64,000 nt of DNA from an uncultured Granulicella sp. (GTDB taxonomy: Bacteria > Acidobacteriota > Terriglobia > Terriglobales > Acidobacteriaceae), in assembly GCA_964282835.1 (NCBI GenBank), contig OZ196157.1, positions 60,600-124,599 on the forward strand, in the 5' to 3' direction. A model generated the notes under the pieces. It saw nothing but the letters and a program-made list of their open reading frames with translations, did not search any database and was not told the origin of the DNA. This document shows, piece by piece, positions 23,453 to 33,218 of this stretch (within the stretch, counting starts at the first letter, position 1; the number at the start of each line of letters is the position of its first letter). Position numbers and translations under genes: made by a program.

Positions 23453-24070
23453 TCAGGCCTTCGCAACCTGCAAGACCGACGGCTCAAACTGCCCTAGCAG
23501 TTCCGGCATCGTTGTCTTGCCGAGATCGATGGCTGCCGTTCCCCCTGCAAGTACAACGCTCACATCCGTGATGCCGATGAAGCCGAGGATTTGCTTTAAG
23601 TAGCTGATGGCAACGTTGTACGACTCCGTCTGTGCCCCAGGCGTGTATACACCACCGGAAGCCAGAATGATGGAAGCCTTCTTGCCTTTCACCAGACCTT
23701 CGTAGCTTGGGCTAAAGGTCACGCCTACCCGTACGATGTGGTCGATGTAGGCCTTCAGGTTTGCTGGGATGGAGAAGTTGTACATGGACGTCCCAATCAC
23801 AATATGGTCGGCGGCCATCAACTCGGCAATCAGATTGTTGGAAATTGCAATGGCTTGCTTAATTTCAGGGGAGTGCTGCTCAGCAGGGGTATACGCACCC
23901 ATAATCCATGGCAGATCGACAAACGGCAGGGTTGTTTTCATTAGATCGCGGACTACGACGGTTCCGCCGGAATGCGCGTCCTTCCAGTCGTCGATGAACG
24001 TCTGTGTGAGTTTGCGGGAGACGGAGTAGTCACCCCGGGGGCTGGATTCGATGGCAAGCAGGCTGGGCAC
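23453..24070 (-). CDS. azoR: FMN-dependent NADH-azoreductase / flavodoxin-like quinone reductase
   Basis: SLLAIESSPRGDYSVSRKLTQTFIDDW, IVIGTSMYNFSIPANLKAYIDHIVRVGVTF and KKASIILASGGVY. Start placed at the GTG (GAGG 6 nt upstream), giving 205 aa. The listed ORF extends to 24232, so the start is uncertain. Confidence 0.65.
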   Translation of the reverse strand: MPSLLAIESSPRGDYSVSRKLTQTFIDDWKDAHSGGTVVVRDLMKTTLPFVDLPWIMGAYTPAEQHSPEIKQAIAISNNLIAELMAADHIVIGTSMYNFSIPANLKAYIDHIVRVGVTFSPSYEGLVKGKKASIILASGGVYTPGAQTESYNVAISYLKQILGFIGITDVSVVLAGGTAAIDLGKTTMPELLGQFEPSVLQVAKA

Positions 24071-24247
24071 AGGCGACCTCGTAATTTCGGTTGGAGGATT
24101 GGTGGTCCGGATCACTGGCCTATTCGGCTCAGCAGGCGGGATTGATTTGTTGGCGAACAATCGCGTGAAGAAGTTCATTGAGACCTCGGGTGGGCGTAGC
24201 GGCATGCTGAAAGCCGCGAGCGATCTGCGCAACGCAGGAAGACGAAT

Positions 24248-24565
24248 CTATGTGAGCCCTTTCCACTCTGCGATCGATGAAAACCAGGCCGGTGTACGCT
24301 CGATCTTGAGATCCACGATCAACTTCTCGAACGCCGCACGATAGCCCCTGGTGATTTGGTTTTGCATGAAGGACTCCGGTGTCTCGTTCCAAACCTCATA
24401 GTTCACGATTACGTCCGGGTCTCTCGCATCCTGGATTGAAGATGCTTTGACAAACGTCGGCTCCTTCACAATGTGGCTGAAGAGTTCCTGTAACGAAGCT
24501 AGGAATTCCCGCCTGATCGGCTCGCCGACTCGAAAGTTCACGATGAGAGTTATCTCGTCTGCCAT
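24248..24565 (-). CDS. Antibiotic-biosynthesis-monooxygenase (ABM) domain protein / putative quinol monooxygenase
   Basis: 105 aa with a ferredoxin-like ABM layout: ITLIVNFRV...FVKASSIQDARDPDVIVNYEVWNETPESF. Confidence 0.55.
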   Translation of the reverse strand: MADEITLIVNFRVGEPIRREFLASLQELFSHIVKEPTFVKASSIQDARDPDVIVNYEVWNETPESFMQNQITRGYRAAFEKLIVDLKIERTPAWFSSIAEWKGLT

Positions 24566-24658
24566 GAATCTCCTTGTTGATGGAAGTGGGCACGGTTTCG
24601 CAGCGCGCAGTTAGGTGAATGGCTGGCTACAACGCTGCGATTCCAAAACCCGGCGAAG

Positions 24659-25360
24659 TCATTCCGGCGACGTGATGACAAACACGAGCTCGGTATCCTG
24701 CAAGGCTTCGATACGGATGGTCGCTTCCTCGCGCAGAACGATGCCTTCTCCCGTCGTTGCGTGTACGTCGTTGACCTTCACGGCGCCGGAAGAGACGACA
24801 AGGTAGCCAAGGTCGCCTGGCCTGAATTCGTAATTCGTTACTGTACCCGCAAAAAGAGACGCGCCAAGTACCTCCGCATCGCAGCGGAGCTCCAGGCTGC
24901 CTTTCGTCCCCCGTCCACTTGCCAGAATGATAAAGTTGCCCGCGCGGTCAGACTTCGGAAAGGACTGGGTACCCCAACGCGGAGCGTCCCCAGCCAAGCG
25001 CGGCCTAAGCCAAAGCTGGAAAATCTTTGTGGGCACATCGCCAGGATTGTGCTCCGCATGTTGGAGCCCGGTACCGGAGCTTATGACCTGTACGTCCCCG
25101 GTCTCGATGCGTCCTTCGTTGCCCAGACTATCCTTGTGCGACACAACGCCAGCTCGTACATAGGTGACGATCTCGACATCGGCGTGGCTGTGCATATCAA
25201 AGCCGGTGTGGGGAGCGATCTCATCATCATTGAGCACGTACAGGTTGCCGACTGGCTTGTGGTCAGGGTTGCCGAACCGGCCCATGGCGAAGTGATGTTT
25301 CGCCTTGAGCCAGCCGATGTCCGCGCCGGCAATCGTATCGAGTGATTTCAGTTCAAGCAT
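24659..25360 (-). CDS. Pirin-family bicupin protein
   Basis: Start at MLELKSLD, in an 8-nt overlap with the DoxX stop. Cupin metal motif FDMHSHADVEIVTYVRAGVVSHKDSLGNEGRIETGDVQVISSGTGLQHAEHN. Confidence 0.7.
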   Translation of the reverse strand: MLELKSLDTIAGADIGWLKAKHHFAMGRFGNPDHKPVGNLYVLNDDEIAPHTGFDMHSHADVEIVTYVRAGVVSHKDSLGNEGRIETGDVQVISSGTGLQHAEHNPGDVPTKIFQLWLRPRLAGDAPRWGTQSFPKSDRAGNFIILASGRGTKGSLELRCDAEVLGASLFAGTVTNYEFRPGDLGYLVVSSGAVKVNDVHATTGEGIVLREEATIRIEALQDTELVFVITSPE

Positions 25361-25769
25361 GGACACCTCGGGGTTCAGGAACTGATGCGGTGTGATAGCT
25401 GGCCTGGAAGATCGACTGGAAGGCATTTCGCACATTCCAGAACGTAAGGGCGAGTAGGACGGAAACAAAGAGGGCGACAGGCAAGCCGCTCGGGGCCATG
25501 AACGCGTGGAACAGAACGATATTGGCGGTGATGGCTCCGAGAACGACCAGCGTGAGCGGTACGAAACGGTTCACCAGCAGCAGGAGGCCGCCAATCGCCT
25601 GCAGCGCCATGATGACCAGAAGCTCATGGGACAGGAATAACCCTCCCATAAACATGCCTCCAGGCCCTGGAGGAGGCGGAGTTGGAATGAAGTGCAGGAA
25701 TCCATTGAGCCCGAAGATGAGGTAAACGAGACCAAGCAGGTAGCGTGCGATGGTGGAAGCAAGTTTCAT
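25353..25769 (-). CDS. DoxX-family membrane protein
   Basis: Start at MKLASTIARYLLGLVYLIFGLNGFLHF. Four hydrophobic helices, about 138 aa. Confidence 0.6.
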   Translation of the reverse strand: MKLASTIARYLLGLVYLIFGLNGFLHFIPTPPPPGPGGMFMGGLFLSHELLVIMALQAIGGLLLLVNRFVPLTLVVLGAITANIVLFHAFMAPSGLPVALFVSVLLALTFWNVRNAFQSIFQASYHTASVPEPRGVHA

Positions 25770-25954
25770 GGGCAACGTCCTTTCTGAACTAGCTGGCCAG
25801 CGAGGAAGAGCAGTGGGGTCGTGTGAAACCGGAGGACGCCCCAGTGACATACCAGTTAGGCAACAACTGTTGCCTAATCATGTCTGCCAGTATACACAGA
25901 TTCACAACAGGTGTTGTGTAAACCATGAAAGTTGTTTAGGCGTAAACTGAAAAA

Positions 25955-26527
25955 GTGAATGATCTCAGTAAGAGCCTCGATCCTCGGGTGCGCCGAACCA
26001 GGCAGCTCTTGCACGATGCCCTTGTGCAGCTCCTTGCGAAGAAGACGTTTGCTGAGATCTCGGTAGGAGATGTTACCGACGCGGCCACCGTCAACCGAGC
26101 CACGTTTTATGCGCATTATCCTGATAAGTACGCGCTCCTGGAATGCACCACCGGCGCTCGCTTTGCTGATCTTCTGGAGAAGCGGGCGGTCTCTTTCGAC
26201 GGCACGTGTGACTCTGCCCTCCGAAAGCTTTTTCTGGGTATTACCGACTTCATGCTCAGCGTGCTCGGTCCCGGTCATGAGCACCAGCCCCGTTTGGACC
26301 CCTACATGGAACTGGCGATCATCGCCATCGTTCGTGGCATGGTGATGGAAGGTCTGAACCAATACCCGGCAGACTGGAAGGTGCCTCAGCAAACCCTGGC
26401 GAACATGGTCAGTTGGGGTCTGTACGGTGCCGCAAGGGACTGGATCGCCTCGCCCGAACGAGGACCGGCTGAAGAGATTGCCAACGGTGTCACAGGCTTG
26501 TTGGTCCCTCTCGTGCATCCGGGCTAA
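25955..26527 (+). CDS. TetR/AcrR-family transcriptional regulator
   Basis: HTH TRQLLHDALVQLLAKKTFAEISVGDVTDAATVNRATFYAHYPDKYALL. Divergent from the DoxX-pirin-ABM-AzoR run. Confidence 0.8.
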   Translation: MNDLSKSLDPRVRRTRQLLHDALVQLLAKKTFAEISVGDVTDAATVNRATFYAHYPDKYALLECTTGARFADLLEKRAVSFDGTCDSALRKLFLGITDFMLSVLGPGHEHQPRLDPYMELAIIAIVRGMVMEGLNQYPADWKVPQQTLANMVSWGLYGAARDWIASPERGPAEEIANGVTGLLVPLVHPG

Positions 26528-26578
26528 CTGCAACAAGCTCGTGAAAAGTCTCAGCATCACGGCCTTCTCCAAGAGAAC

Positions 26579-27946
26579 TTACGAACGTGGCAAACGAAAC
26601 GTCACGATGGTGCCGCTTCCTAACTCGCTCTCCAACGCGATCGTGCCGTTGTACCGCTCGACAAGGCATTTTGCGATCGCCAAACCGAGACCAGAACCTT
26701 CGCGGCTTGCGCTGCGCGCGGTATCCACGCGAAAGAACCGGTCAAAGACCTTGTCCCGATGCTCTGGGGCGATGCCAAGGCCTGTGTCGGACACGCTGAC
26801 CTGCAACGAATGCCGCATTGTGTAAGAGATCGAGATGCTTCCACCTAGGGGAGTGTATTTGATGGCGTTGTCGAGCAGGATTCCCAACAGGCGGCGAAGG
26901 TCGGCCTCGTGAACCAGCAGCGTAGGACCTTCGCCGTTGGGGAGGATCGCATGAAGAGTTTGTCCGCGTTGCTCTGCCAACGGACGAAACCGGTCGCAGA
27001 CGTCGACGATCGCCTGGCCTACCGATGTTCTGCGCGTAGTCGGCAGGTTGTGAGCTGCGTCGGCGCGGGCAAGCTTTAGCAGGTCTTCGAGCAGCGCGGC
27101 AGTGTCCGTTGTTTCATCGAGGATCGCTTGCAGGGCGTCCCGGGCTTCTTCAGAAAGATGGCCGTGCAAAAGGCTGTCCTGCGCGGTGGCACGGATGAAG
27201 GCTATGGGGCTGCGGAGCTCATGCGAGGCGTCGGCGGTGAATTGCTCTACACGCCTAAGCGAGACCTCGATGCGGGCGAGCAGGTTGTTCCACTCGAGTG
27301 CCAGCCGTTTTAGCTCGTCGTCCGCCGCGGGGATGGGGAGCCGCTGGGTAAGATCCTTCGCGGTCATCGAGCGTGCCTTGGTGACCAGCACGTCAACCGG
27401 CCGCAAGGAACGTCTGCTTAGCGTATAACCGGCCAGGCTCGATACGATCAGCATCAACGACGCCATCTGGATCAACCGCGTGGTAAGCACACGTGACAGG
27501 ATCTGGTCCTCAAGCAGCGAGCTTGGAACGAGCAGATACGCGGCCCGGCCGTTATAGCGCAGCGGGCTGCAGAGAACGCGAAAGTAGCTTTTGCCCACAA
27601 GAACATTGCTGATCGAAGTGCGCTCGCAGGGCTTGACCGAAAGCGCAAGCAGATTGCCTTCCGCCGCCGGGAAGAGGCGTGCCCCCTGGCTGTCACGAAT
27701 TTCGATCAACTCACCTTCAGGCAGGATGCCTACCAACTCGTCAAGCCTCAGCGCGAGTTGTGCCGACAAAGTCGATTCTGCCACGGAGCGAACGCGCGAC
27801 GCCCGCATCTCAAGCGTCCGGTCCTTCCATGACAAGACCGAACTGCCCAGCGCGAACCACATTACATAACCGCAGAGAAAAATGCCGACAAACGAGATGC
27901 CGGTGTACCAGATGGCAAGTCTCAGGCTGATGGAAAGACTGCGCAC
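26579..27946 (-). CDS. Two-component sensor histidine kinase (HAMP-HisKA-HATPase_c)
   Basis: Two N-terminal TM segments. H-box FTADASHELRSPIAFIRA, N-box LLDNAIKYT, G-boxes DTGLGI and GSGLGLAIAK. The GTG start overlaps the regulator stop (TGAGTG). Confidence 0.85.
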   Translation of the reverse strand: MRSLSISLRLAIWYTGISFVGIFLCGYVMWFALGSSVLSWKDRTLEMRASRVRSVAESTLSAQLALRLDELVGILPEGELIEIRDSQGARLFPAAEGNLLALSVKPCERTSISNVLVGKSYFRVLCSPLRYNGRAAYLLVPSSLLEDQILSRVLTTRLIQMASLMLIVSSLAGYTLSRRSLRPVDVLVTKARSMTAKDLTQRLPIPAADDELKRLALEWNNLLARIEVSLRRVEQFTADASHELRSPIAFIRATAQDSLLHGHLSEEARDALQAILDETTDTAALLEDLLKLARADAAHNLPTTRRTSVGQAIVDVCDRFRPLAEQRGQTLHAILPNGEGPTLLVHEADLRRLLGILLDNAIKYTPLGGSISISYTMRHSLQVSVSDTGLGIAPEHRDKVFDRFFRVDTARSASREGSGLGLAIAKCLVERYNGTIALESELGSGTIVTFRLPRS

Positions 27947-28624
27947 TCAGGCCGCCACCATCTTGAGCGTGTACCCCACGCCACGCACTGTATGCAGAAG
28001 CGCAGGCTGCCGCGCGAACTGAATCTTGTTTCGCAATGCGCGCATGAAGACGTAGAGCGTGTCGTCGCTTACGTCCGCGTCGCCACTCCAGCCAACGCGG
28101 ATCAGTTCCTCTTTGGTCACCACGAGGCCCGCGCGCTGCATGAGAGTCTCCATCAAAGCCAGCTCGGTGGGCGTCAGGGCGATTGCCTCGCCATCACACT
28201 CCAACGCGTGTGTATCGCGGCGTAAGGTAAGCCCGCCCACGTCCAGCCGGCAATCCAGCAGTAAGGGGCTACGCCGGGTGAGGGCGCGAAGGCGGGCCAG
28301 AAGCACAGCCATCTCGAAGGGCTTGGTCAAGTAGTCGTCTGCGCCGAGGTCCAGCCCGTGCACCACATCCTGGCTTGTATCCCGGGCGGTAAGCAGGATG
28401 GTCGGCACTCTTCCGTTGTCCTGCCGCATACGGCTCAGCACCTCGAAGCCGCTGAGTTTCGGCAGCATTACATCCAGCACAATGGCATGCAGGTGGTAAT
28501 TCGAGATGGCCTCAAGCGCGGCTTGCCCGTCGTGAACCAACACGGTCAGATATCCCTCGCGACGAATCGCCTTCTCGAGCAGCGCAGCCATTCGCATACG
28601 GTCCTCGGCGATAAGAATGCGCAT
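27947..28624 (-). CDS. OmpR/PhoB-family response regulator
   Basis: Start at MRILIAEDRMRMAALLEKAI. Receiver Asp context AIVLDVMLP. Winged-helix tail LTPTELALMETL...VRGVGYTL. Confidence 0.85.
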   Translation of the reverse strand: MRILIAEDRMRMAALLEKAIRREGYLTVLVHDGQAALEAISNYHLHAIVLDVMLPKLSGFEVLSRMRQDNGRVPTILLTARDTSQDVVHGLDLGADDYLTKPFEMAVLLARLRALTRRSPLLLDCRLDVGGLTLRRDTHALECDGEAIALTPTELALMETLMQRAGLVVTKEELIRVGWSGDADVSDDTLYVFMRALRNKIQFARQPALLHTVRGVGYTLKMVAA

Positions 28625-28753
28625 GTGAACAGAGTAGGCGAGTTCTGTGAAAATCAGGTTACCCCGGCCGATCTTTAGGTTGTCTTCAGGCAGACGCCCT
28701 AATGTGGGGCAAGCGGCGAGGGAAAGGAATCCTCCTGCGTCGGAGACAGCACT

Positions 28754-31700
28754 TTGAAAATTTCTCGAAAGGCTATTTGCGCTTCGACCGCCATCCCGTT
28801 CGCCCTTTGCGTTTCGCTTCACGCTCAGATCGATCGCGCCAACCTGAAGGGCACCTTGACCGACCGGTCGGGCGCGCTGGTCTCAGGAGCAAGCGTCTCC
28901 GTGCTCTTTCCACAGACAGGCTTTCAGCGCTCGGTCGTATCGTCGGCCGCCGGCGACTACGTCTTTACCGGGCTTCCGCTGGGCACGTGCACCCTGACCG
29001 TGACCGCGCCGGGATTTGCCGCCGCACGGGTGGACAACATTGTGCTTGAGGTTGGCGATGTGCGGACGGCGAACCTGCAGCTTGGCCTTGAAGGCATCAC
29101 GCAGACCGTTGCGGTCGACGCTTCGAGCGTGGATCTCGATCAGGATAGCGCCGCGACCGGCGGTGTGATCTCGCAGCAGCAGGTAGAAAACCTGCCGATC
29201 AATGGCCGCAACTGGGCTGCCCTGCAGCTCCTGGTTCCGGGCGCAATCAACACCGGCGCGGGCAACGAGCTTACCATCCGATTTGCCGGGCGCGGCATCG
29301 ACGATAACCGGGTGACCTTCGACGGCCTGGACGCGAGCGGCATCCTGCGTCAGGCCCAAAAGCTCGATCTGCGGCTTCAGTTCTCGTCCGATTCGATCGG
29401 CGAGTTTCGCGCCCAATCCACCGTCTACTCGGCCCAGTTCGGCGGGACCACCGGCGGCCAGATCGACGTGGTTTCACGAACGGGGACCAACCGCTTCCAC
29501 GGCAGCGTCTATGAGTTCCTGCGCAACGATGTACTCAATGCACGTGCACTGTTTTCGACCAGCCAGTTGCCCCTGCGGCTGAACCAGTTTGGTGCGAGTG
29601 CCGGCGGTCCCATCTTCCGCGACCACACCTTCTTCTTCGCTAACTACGAAGGGCTGCGCCAAACGCTTGGCCAGCCCCTGGTAGGCTTCGTTCCCAGCCC
29701 GGCGTACCGCGCGGCGACGATTGCGAAAACAACGGCGGTTGCATCCCTGGTCAACGCTTACCCCATGGGTCAGACCCCCACGGCGAATGCAAGTGTGTAC
29801 CAGTTCAACGGCTCAGGCCGAGCGATCCAGAACGAAGACTATGGACTCGTTCGCATCGATCAAACCTTCAACGCGCGCACCTCCGCCTTTGTGCGGATCA
29901 ACGTGGACCAGGGCCGGCTGTTGACGCCAAATGGCGATGCAACCGGCTACATCGGCGATTCGCTGGCAACGCAGGACGATCCCAAGAACGGCGTGATCGC
30001 GCTCCAGCATTCCTTTCGCCCCACCGTGCTCAACGACCTGAAATTCGGCATTAATCGAACGCCTTACTACGCTCAGAACGTCAGCCTGGCTCCGTTCCAA
30101 CTTGCGGTCACGGGCTTTTCCACCCTGCACGATACCTTGCAGCAGACCCAGGGCTCGATGGCCTACTCGCTTGTCGACACACTCAACCTTTCCTTCGGCA
30201 AGCAGAGCATCACGACCGGCGGCGGGTTTCGCCGAGTCGAGTTGAACCTGAACAGTACCCAGGAGACGCAGTATGCCGCGACCAGCACGGCCACGCTCGC
30301 GGCCAATACCCTGAGCGGCGCGACCTTTCTGGCCGCAATCCCCAACGAAGACGCGCGCAAGACCGAGTTCAACCTCTTCTTCCAGGACCAGTACAAGATA
30401 CGGGCGAACGTCCTGCTAAGCCTGGGGCTGCGCTACGACAACTTCGGCGCCTTCGATGGCGTGAACGGGCGTGACCTGCCGTTCGATCCGCTCACCTGCC
30501 CTGCAGGGTACTGCCAGGCAGGCATCCCGTTCTACAAGACCGACCCAGGCTCGGTTCAACCTCGCTTCGCGGTAACCTGGACGCCCGCAACACAGCACGG
30601 CGACACCGTCATTCGGGCCGGCTATGGACTTTACGCGGGTGAAGCGCAGCTTGGCGACCTCATCTCGCCCCTGTCCAACCTGGGCCAGCGGCTCTCCTTT
30701 ACAGCGGCGCAACTGGGTACGCCAAGCTATCCTGTGTCGCCTGTGTTGACCTCGCAGGCGCTGGTTTCGAACGCGCCAAAGGGCTTGTATCGCGGACGGG
30801 TGAACGAGCAGGTGAGCGAGTTCGGCATATCCGTCGAGCAACGCTTTCCGTTCCAGATCCTGAGCAGCATCGGGTACATCGGCAGCCATGGGGCGCACCT
30901 GCCGGAGCACACTGTGCTGAACGTGCTCGATCCCGCGACCAGGCTCGCGCCACTGCCGGCGTTCGGACTGATCGACTACAAGCTGACCGGAAGCAACAGC
31001 AACTACTCCGGGCTGGTCACGTCGCTTGAACGCCAGTTCTCCCGAGGACTATCATTCGGGGCAACGTACCTCTGGTCGCACTCGCTCGACGATGGCGCCA
31101 ACGTAGGCAACAACACGGGTGCCGAAACCGACTTCCCGCAGAATGTCGCATGCCGCCTCTGCGAACGCGCGAGCAGCGACCAGGACATCCGCTCGTCGTT
31201 CACCGCCAATACTGTGTATGAGCTGCCCGTGGGCTACGGCCGGGGCTACCTCAACCATGGTGTTGTGGGTCAGTTGCTTGGCGGCTTTCAGCTGAGCGGT
31301 ATCGCGGTAGCCCGCACCGGCCTGCCGGTCAACGTCACGGTGGCGCGCACCGCGGCCAGCCTGCCCGACGGCAATACGTTGTCGCCGCAGCGTCCGAACC
31401 TGGTCCCGGGCGTCTCGATCGTGCCGCCCGCAGGTCGCACACCGGGCAACTGGATTAATGCAGCTGCCTTCAGCCTCCCCGCCAACGGGGCCTTCGGCAA
31501 CGCGCCGCGCAATCTCGTCCGTGCGCCCGGGACGTGGCAGGTCGACGGCTCGCTCCAGAAGGCGCTGGTCACCTCGGACCGGTTCGCCCTCAACTTTCGC
31601 GGCGATGCGTTCAATCTTTTCAACCGTGCGCAATACGGAGCGCCCTCCGGGGTGTTCAACACCACCAGCTTCGGTCAGATCACGACGCAGATCAATCAGG

Positions 31701-31759
31701 GTGCGACCGGCACGGCGACGCAACGGGTCATCCAGGTAAGCCTTCGCCTGACCTACTGA
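28754..31759 (+). CDS. TonB-dependent receptor with N-terminal carboxypeptidase-regulatory-like domain
   Basis: Signal peptide (TTG start). GTLTDRSGALVSGASVSVLFPQTGFQRSVVSSAAGDYVFTGLPLGTCTLTVTAPGF, plug-like ENLPINGRNW, a long beta-rich barrel, and a terminal ...RVIQVSLRLTY. Confidence 0.85.
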   Translation: MKISRKAICASTAIPFALCVSLHAQIDRANLKGTLTDRSGALVSGASVSVLFPQTGFQRSVVSSAAGDYVFTGLPLGTCTLTVTAPGFAAARVDNIVLEVGDVRTANLQLGLEGITQTVAVDASSVDLDQDSAATGGVISQQQVENLPINGRNWAALQLLVPGAINTGAGNELTIRFAGRGIDDNRVTFDGLDASGILRQAQKLDLRLQFSSDSIGEFRAQSTVYSAQFGGTTGGQIDVVSRTGTNRFHGSVYEFLRNDVLNARALFSTSQLPLRLNQFGASAGGPIFRDHTFFFANYEGLRQTLGQPLVGFVPSPAYRAATIAKTTAVASLVNAYPMGQTPTANASVYQFNGSGRAIQNEDYGLVRIDQTFNARTSAFVRINVDQGRLLTPNGDATGYIGDSLATQDDPKNGVIALQHSFRPTVLNDLKFGINRTPYYAQNVSLAPFQLAVTGFSTLHDTLQQTQGSMAYSLVDTLNLSFGKQSITTGGGFRRVELNLNSTQETQYAATSTATLAANTLSGATFLAAIPNEDARKTEFNLFFQDQYKIRANVLLSLGLRYDNFGAFDGVNGRDLPFDPLTCPAGYCQAGIPFYKTDPGSVQPRFAVTWTPATQHGDTVIRAGYGLYAGEAQLGDLISPLSNLGQRLSFTAAQLGTPSYPVSPVLTSQALVSNAPKGLYRGRVNEQVSEFGISVEQRFPFQILSSIGYIGSHGAHLPEHTVLNVLDPATRLAPLPAFGLIDYKLTGSNSNYSGLVTSLERQFSRGLSFGATYLWSHSLDDGANVGNNTGAETDFPQNVACRLCERASSDQDIRSSFTANTVYELPVGYGRGYLNHGVVGQLLGGFQLSGIAVARTGLPVNVTVARTAASLPDGNTLSPQRPNLVPGVSIVPPAGRTPGNWINAAAFSLPANGAFGNAPRNLVRAPGTWQVDGSLQKALVTSDRFALNFRGDAFNLFNRAQYGAPSGVFNTTSFGQITTQINQGATGTATQRVIQVSLRLTY

Positions 31760-31800
31760 CCCGGGCCGCAACGACACACTTTCTTGCTAGGAGAATCAAG

Positions 31801-32745
31801 ATGCCTCTACTCAATCGCCGCCTTTTCTGCCAGCTCGCCTCCGCTGCCGTGACTGGACATCGCCTTGCGCTCAATGCCCAGGATGCAACCCAGGAGTCAC
31901 CCCGCATCCTGTTGCCCGTAAATGTCTGCGGTAGCTTCGGCTATATAGACGCCAAGGGCACCCTTGCCGTCCCGGCACGCTACGACGCCGCTCTTCCGTT
32001 TGCCACCGACTGGGCCGCCGTGTGCCGCGAAGGCAAATGGGGGTACATCGACCGCAGCGGCAAGGAGACAATCCCACCGCAGTACGATGAGGCACGCAAC
32101 TTCCGTTATAACTGCAGCCCCGTCCGCATCGGAGCCGAATGGCACTTCATCCGTCCGGATGGCTCGGAGGCTTTTCCGCAACGGTTTGAGCTGACCCGCA
32201 GCTTTCAGGATGGGCGTGCGCGCGTGCGCGTCAACGGCAAATGGGGCTTTATCGACCCAACGGGAGACCTGGTGATCCCGGCCATCTACCAGACCGTGCA
32301 TGGCTACAGCGATGAGATTGCCCCGGTGCAGCTCGAAGATAAGTGGGGCTTTATCGACAAAGCAGGAAAGACCATTCTGCCATTTCGCTACGATACGGTG
32401 ACGAGCTTCAATGCGGGCGTGTGCGCCATCGTCATGGATGGCAAGTGGGGGTTCATTCATCGCGACGGTTCGGTCGCGCTGCCGGCAAAATGGGAGAAGA
32501 CCGGCGAGTTTGCCGAGGATCTTTGCCCTGTGAAGTCAGATGGCAAGTGGGGCTTGATCGACCTGACCGGGAAACTGGCTCTGGAGCCTACCTACGATGC
32601 GATGGACTCCTTTGACAGCGGCCATCTTTTGGTCACACAGAACAAGCAGTTGATCTACCTGGACCGGTCGTTCGATCCGATCTGGAAGGAACAGATGAGC
32701 TGCCCTGCGGGAACTTCGTATGGAATGTACAAGGCGCCCGCCTAA
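31801..32745 (+). CDS. WG-repeat (KWG-type) protein, probably exported
   Basis: AGGAGA lies 7 nt before the ATG. The N-terminus MPLLNRRLFCQLASAAV is Tat-like. Six repeats of the type GKWGYIDRSGKETIPPQYDEA, GKWGFIDPTGDLVIPAIYQ, DKWGFIDKAGKTILPFRYD, GKWGFIHRDGSVALPAKWE, GKWGLIDLTGKLALEPTYD. Confidence 0.75.
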   Translation: MPLLNRRLFCQLASAAVTGHRLALNAQDATQESPRILLPVNVCGSFGYIDAKGTLAVPARYDAALPFATDWAAVCREGKWGYIDRSGKETIPPQYDEARNFRYNCSPVRIGAEWHFIRPDGSEAFPQRFELTRSFQDGRARVRVNGKWGFIDPTGDLVIPAIYQTVHGYSDEIAPVQLEDKWGFIDKAGKTILPFRYDTVTSFNAGVCAIVMDGKWGFIHRDGSVALPAKWEKTGEFAEDLCPVKSDGKWGLIDLTGKLALEPTYDAMDSFDSGHLLVTQNKQLIYLDRSFDPIWKEQMSCPAGTSYGMYKAPA

Positions 32746-32811
32746 TCCTACTTGTTTCGATCTTCCTCGACCCTCTTCCATATGATTTCAGGAGGCCCGG
32801 TGCCACATACG

Positions 32812-33180
32812 ATGTACTCCTCTCGGCTACGGGGAAAGCTTGCCCTGCTTGCCTTTGCCCTTCCGCTTTTTGCAGCGGCGCAGACGCCCTTGCAGGTAAC
32901 CCACCGATAGGCTGGGCGGTGAAGGCAGTTGAGATTACATGACCTCTGACGGGGCGACGAAGCGCTTCTATGACGAAGCGCCTCTATATAGCTCATCAGA
33001 CCCGCGTGGACATCGTCGCAGCCGACTCCGGCGCCTTTGTAGGAGCCATTGTCGGGCTTACCCGCTGCCACGGCATTGTGATCCTGCCCGACGGCAAGCC
33101 GGCTTCGTGACGGACGGCGAAGCAGGCAACGTCGCTGTCTTCGATCCAGCTTCCCTGAAGGTCGTCGCGGCTACAGTTCG
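32812..33180 (+). pseudogene. Remnant of a YncE/YVTN-type beta-propeller protein (signal peptide plus first blades, frameshifted)
   Basis: MYSSRLRGKLALLAFALPLFAAAQTPLQV then a stop. Downstream in other frames: DYMTSDGATKR.Y..HQTRVDIVAADSGAFVGAIVGLTRCHGIVILPDGKP and FVTDGEAGNVAVFDPASLKVVAAT. Contains a 16-bp tandem duplication (32956-32987). Confidence 0.45.
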
Positions 33181-33218
33181 ATCCGTGTATGGTCTCGAAC
33201 TGCCGCCGCTTGATTGCA

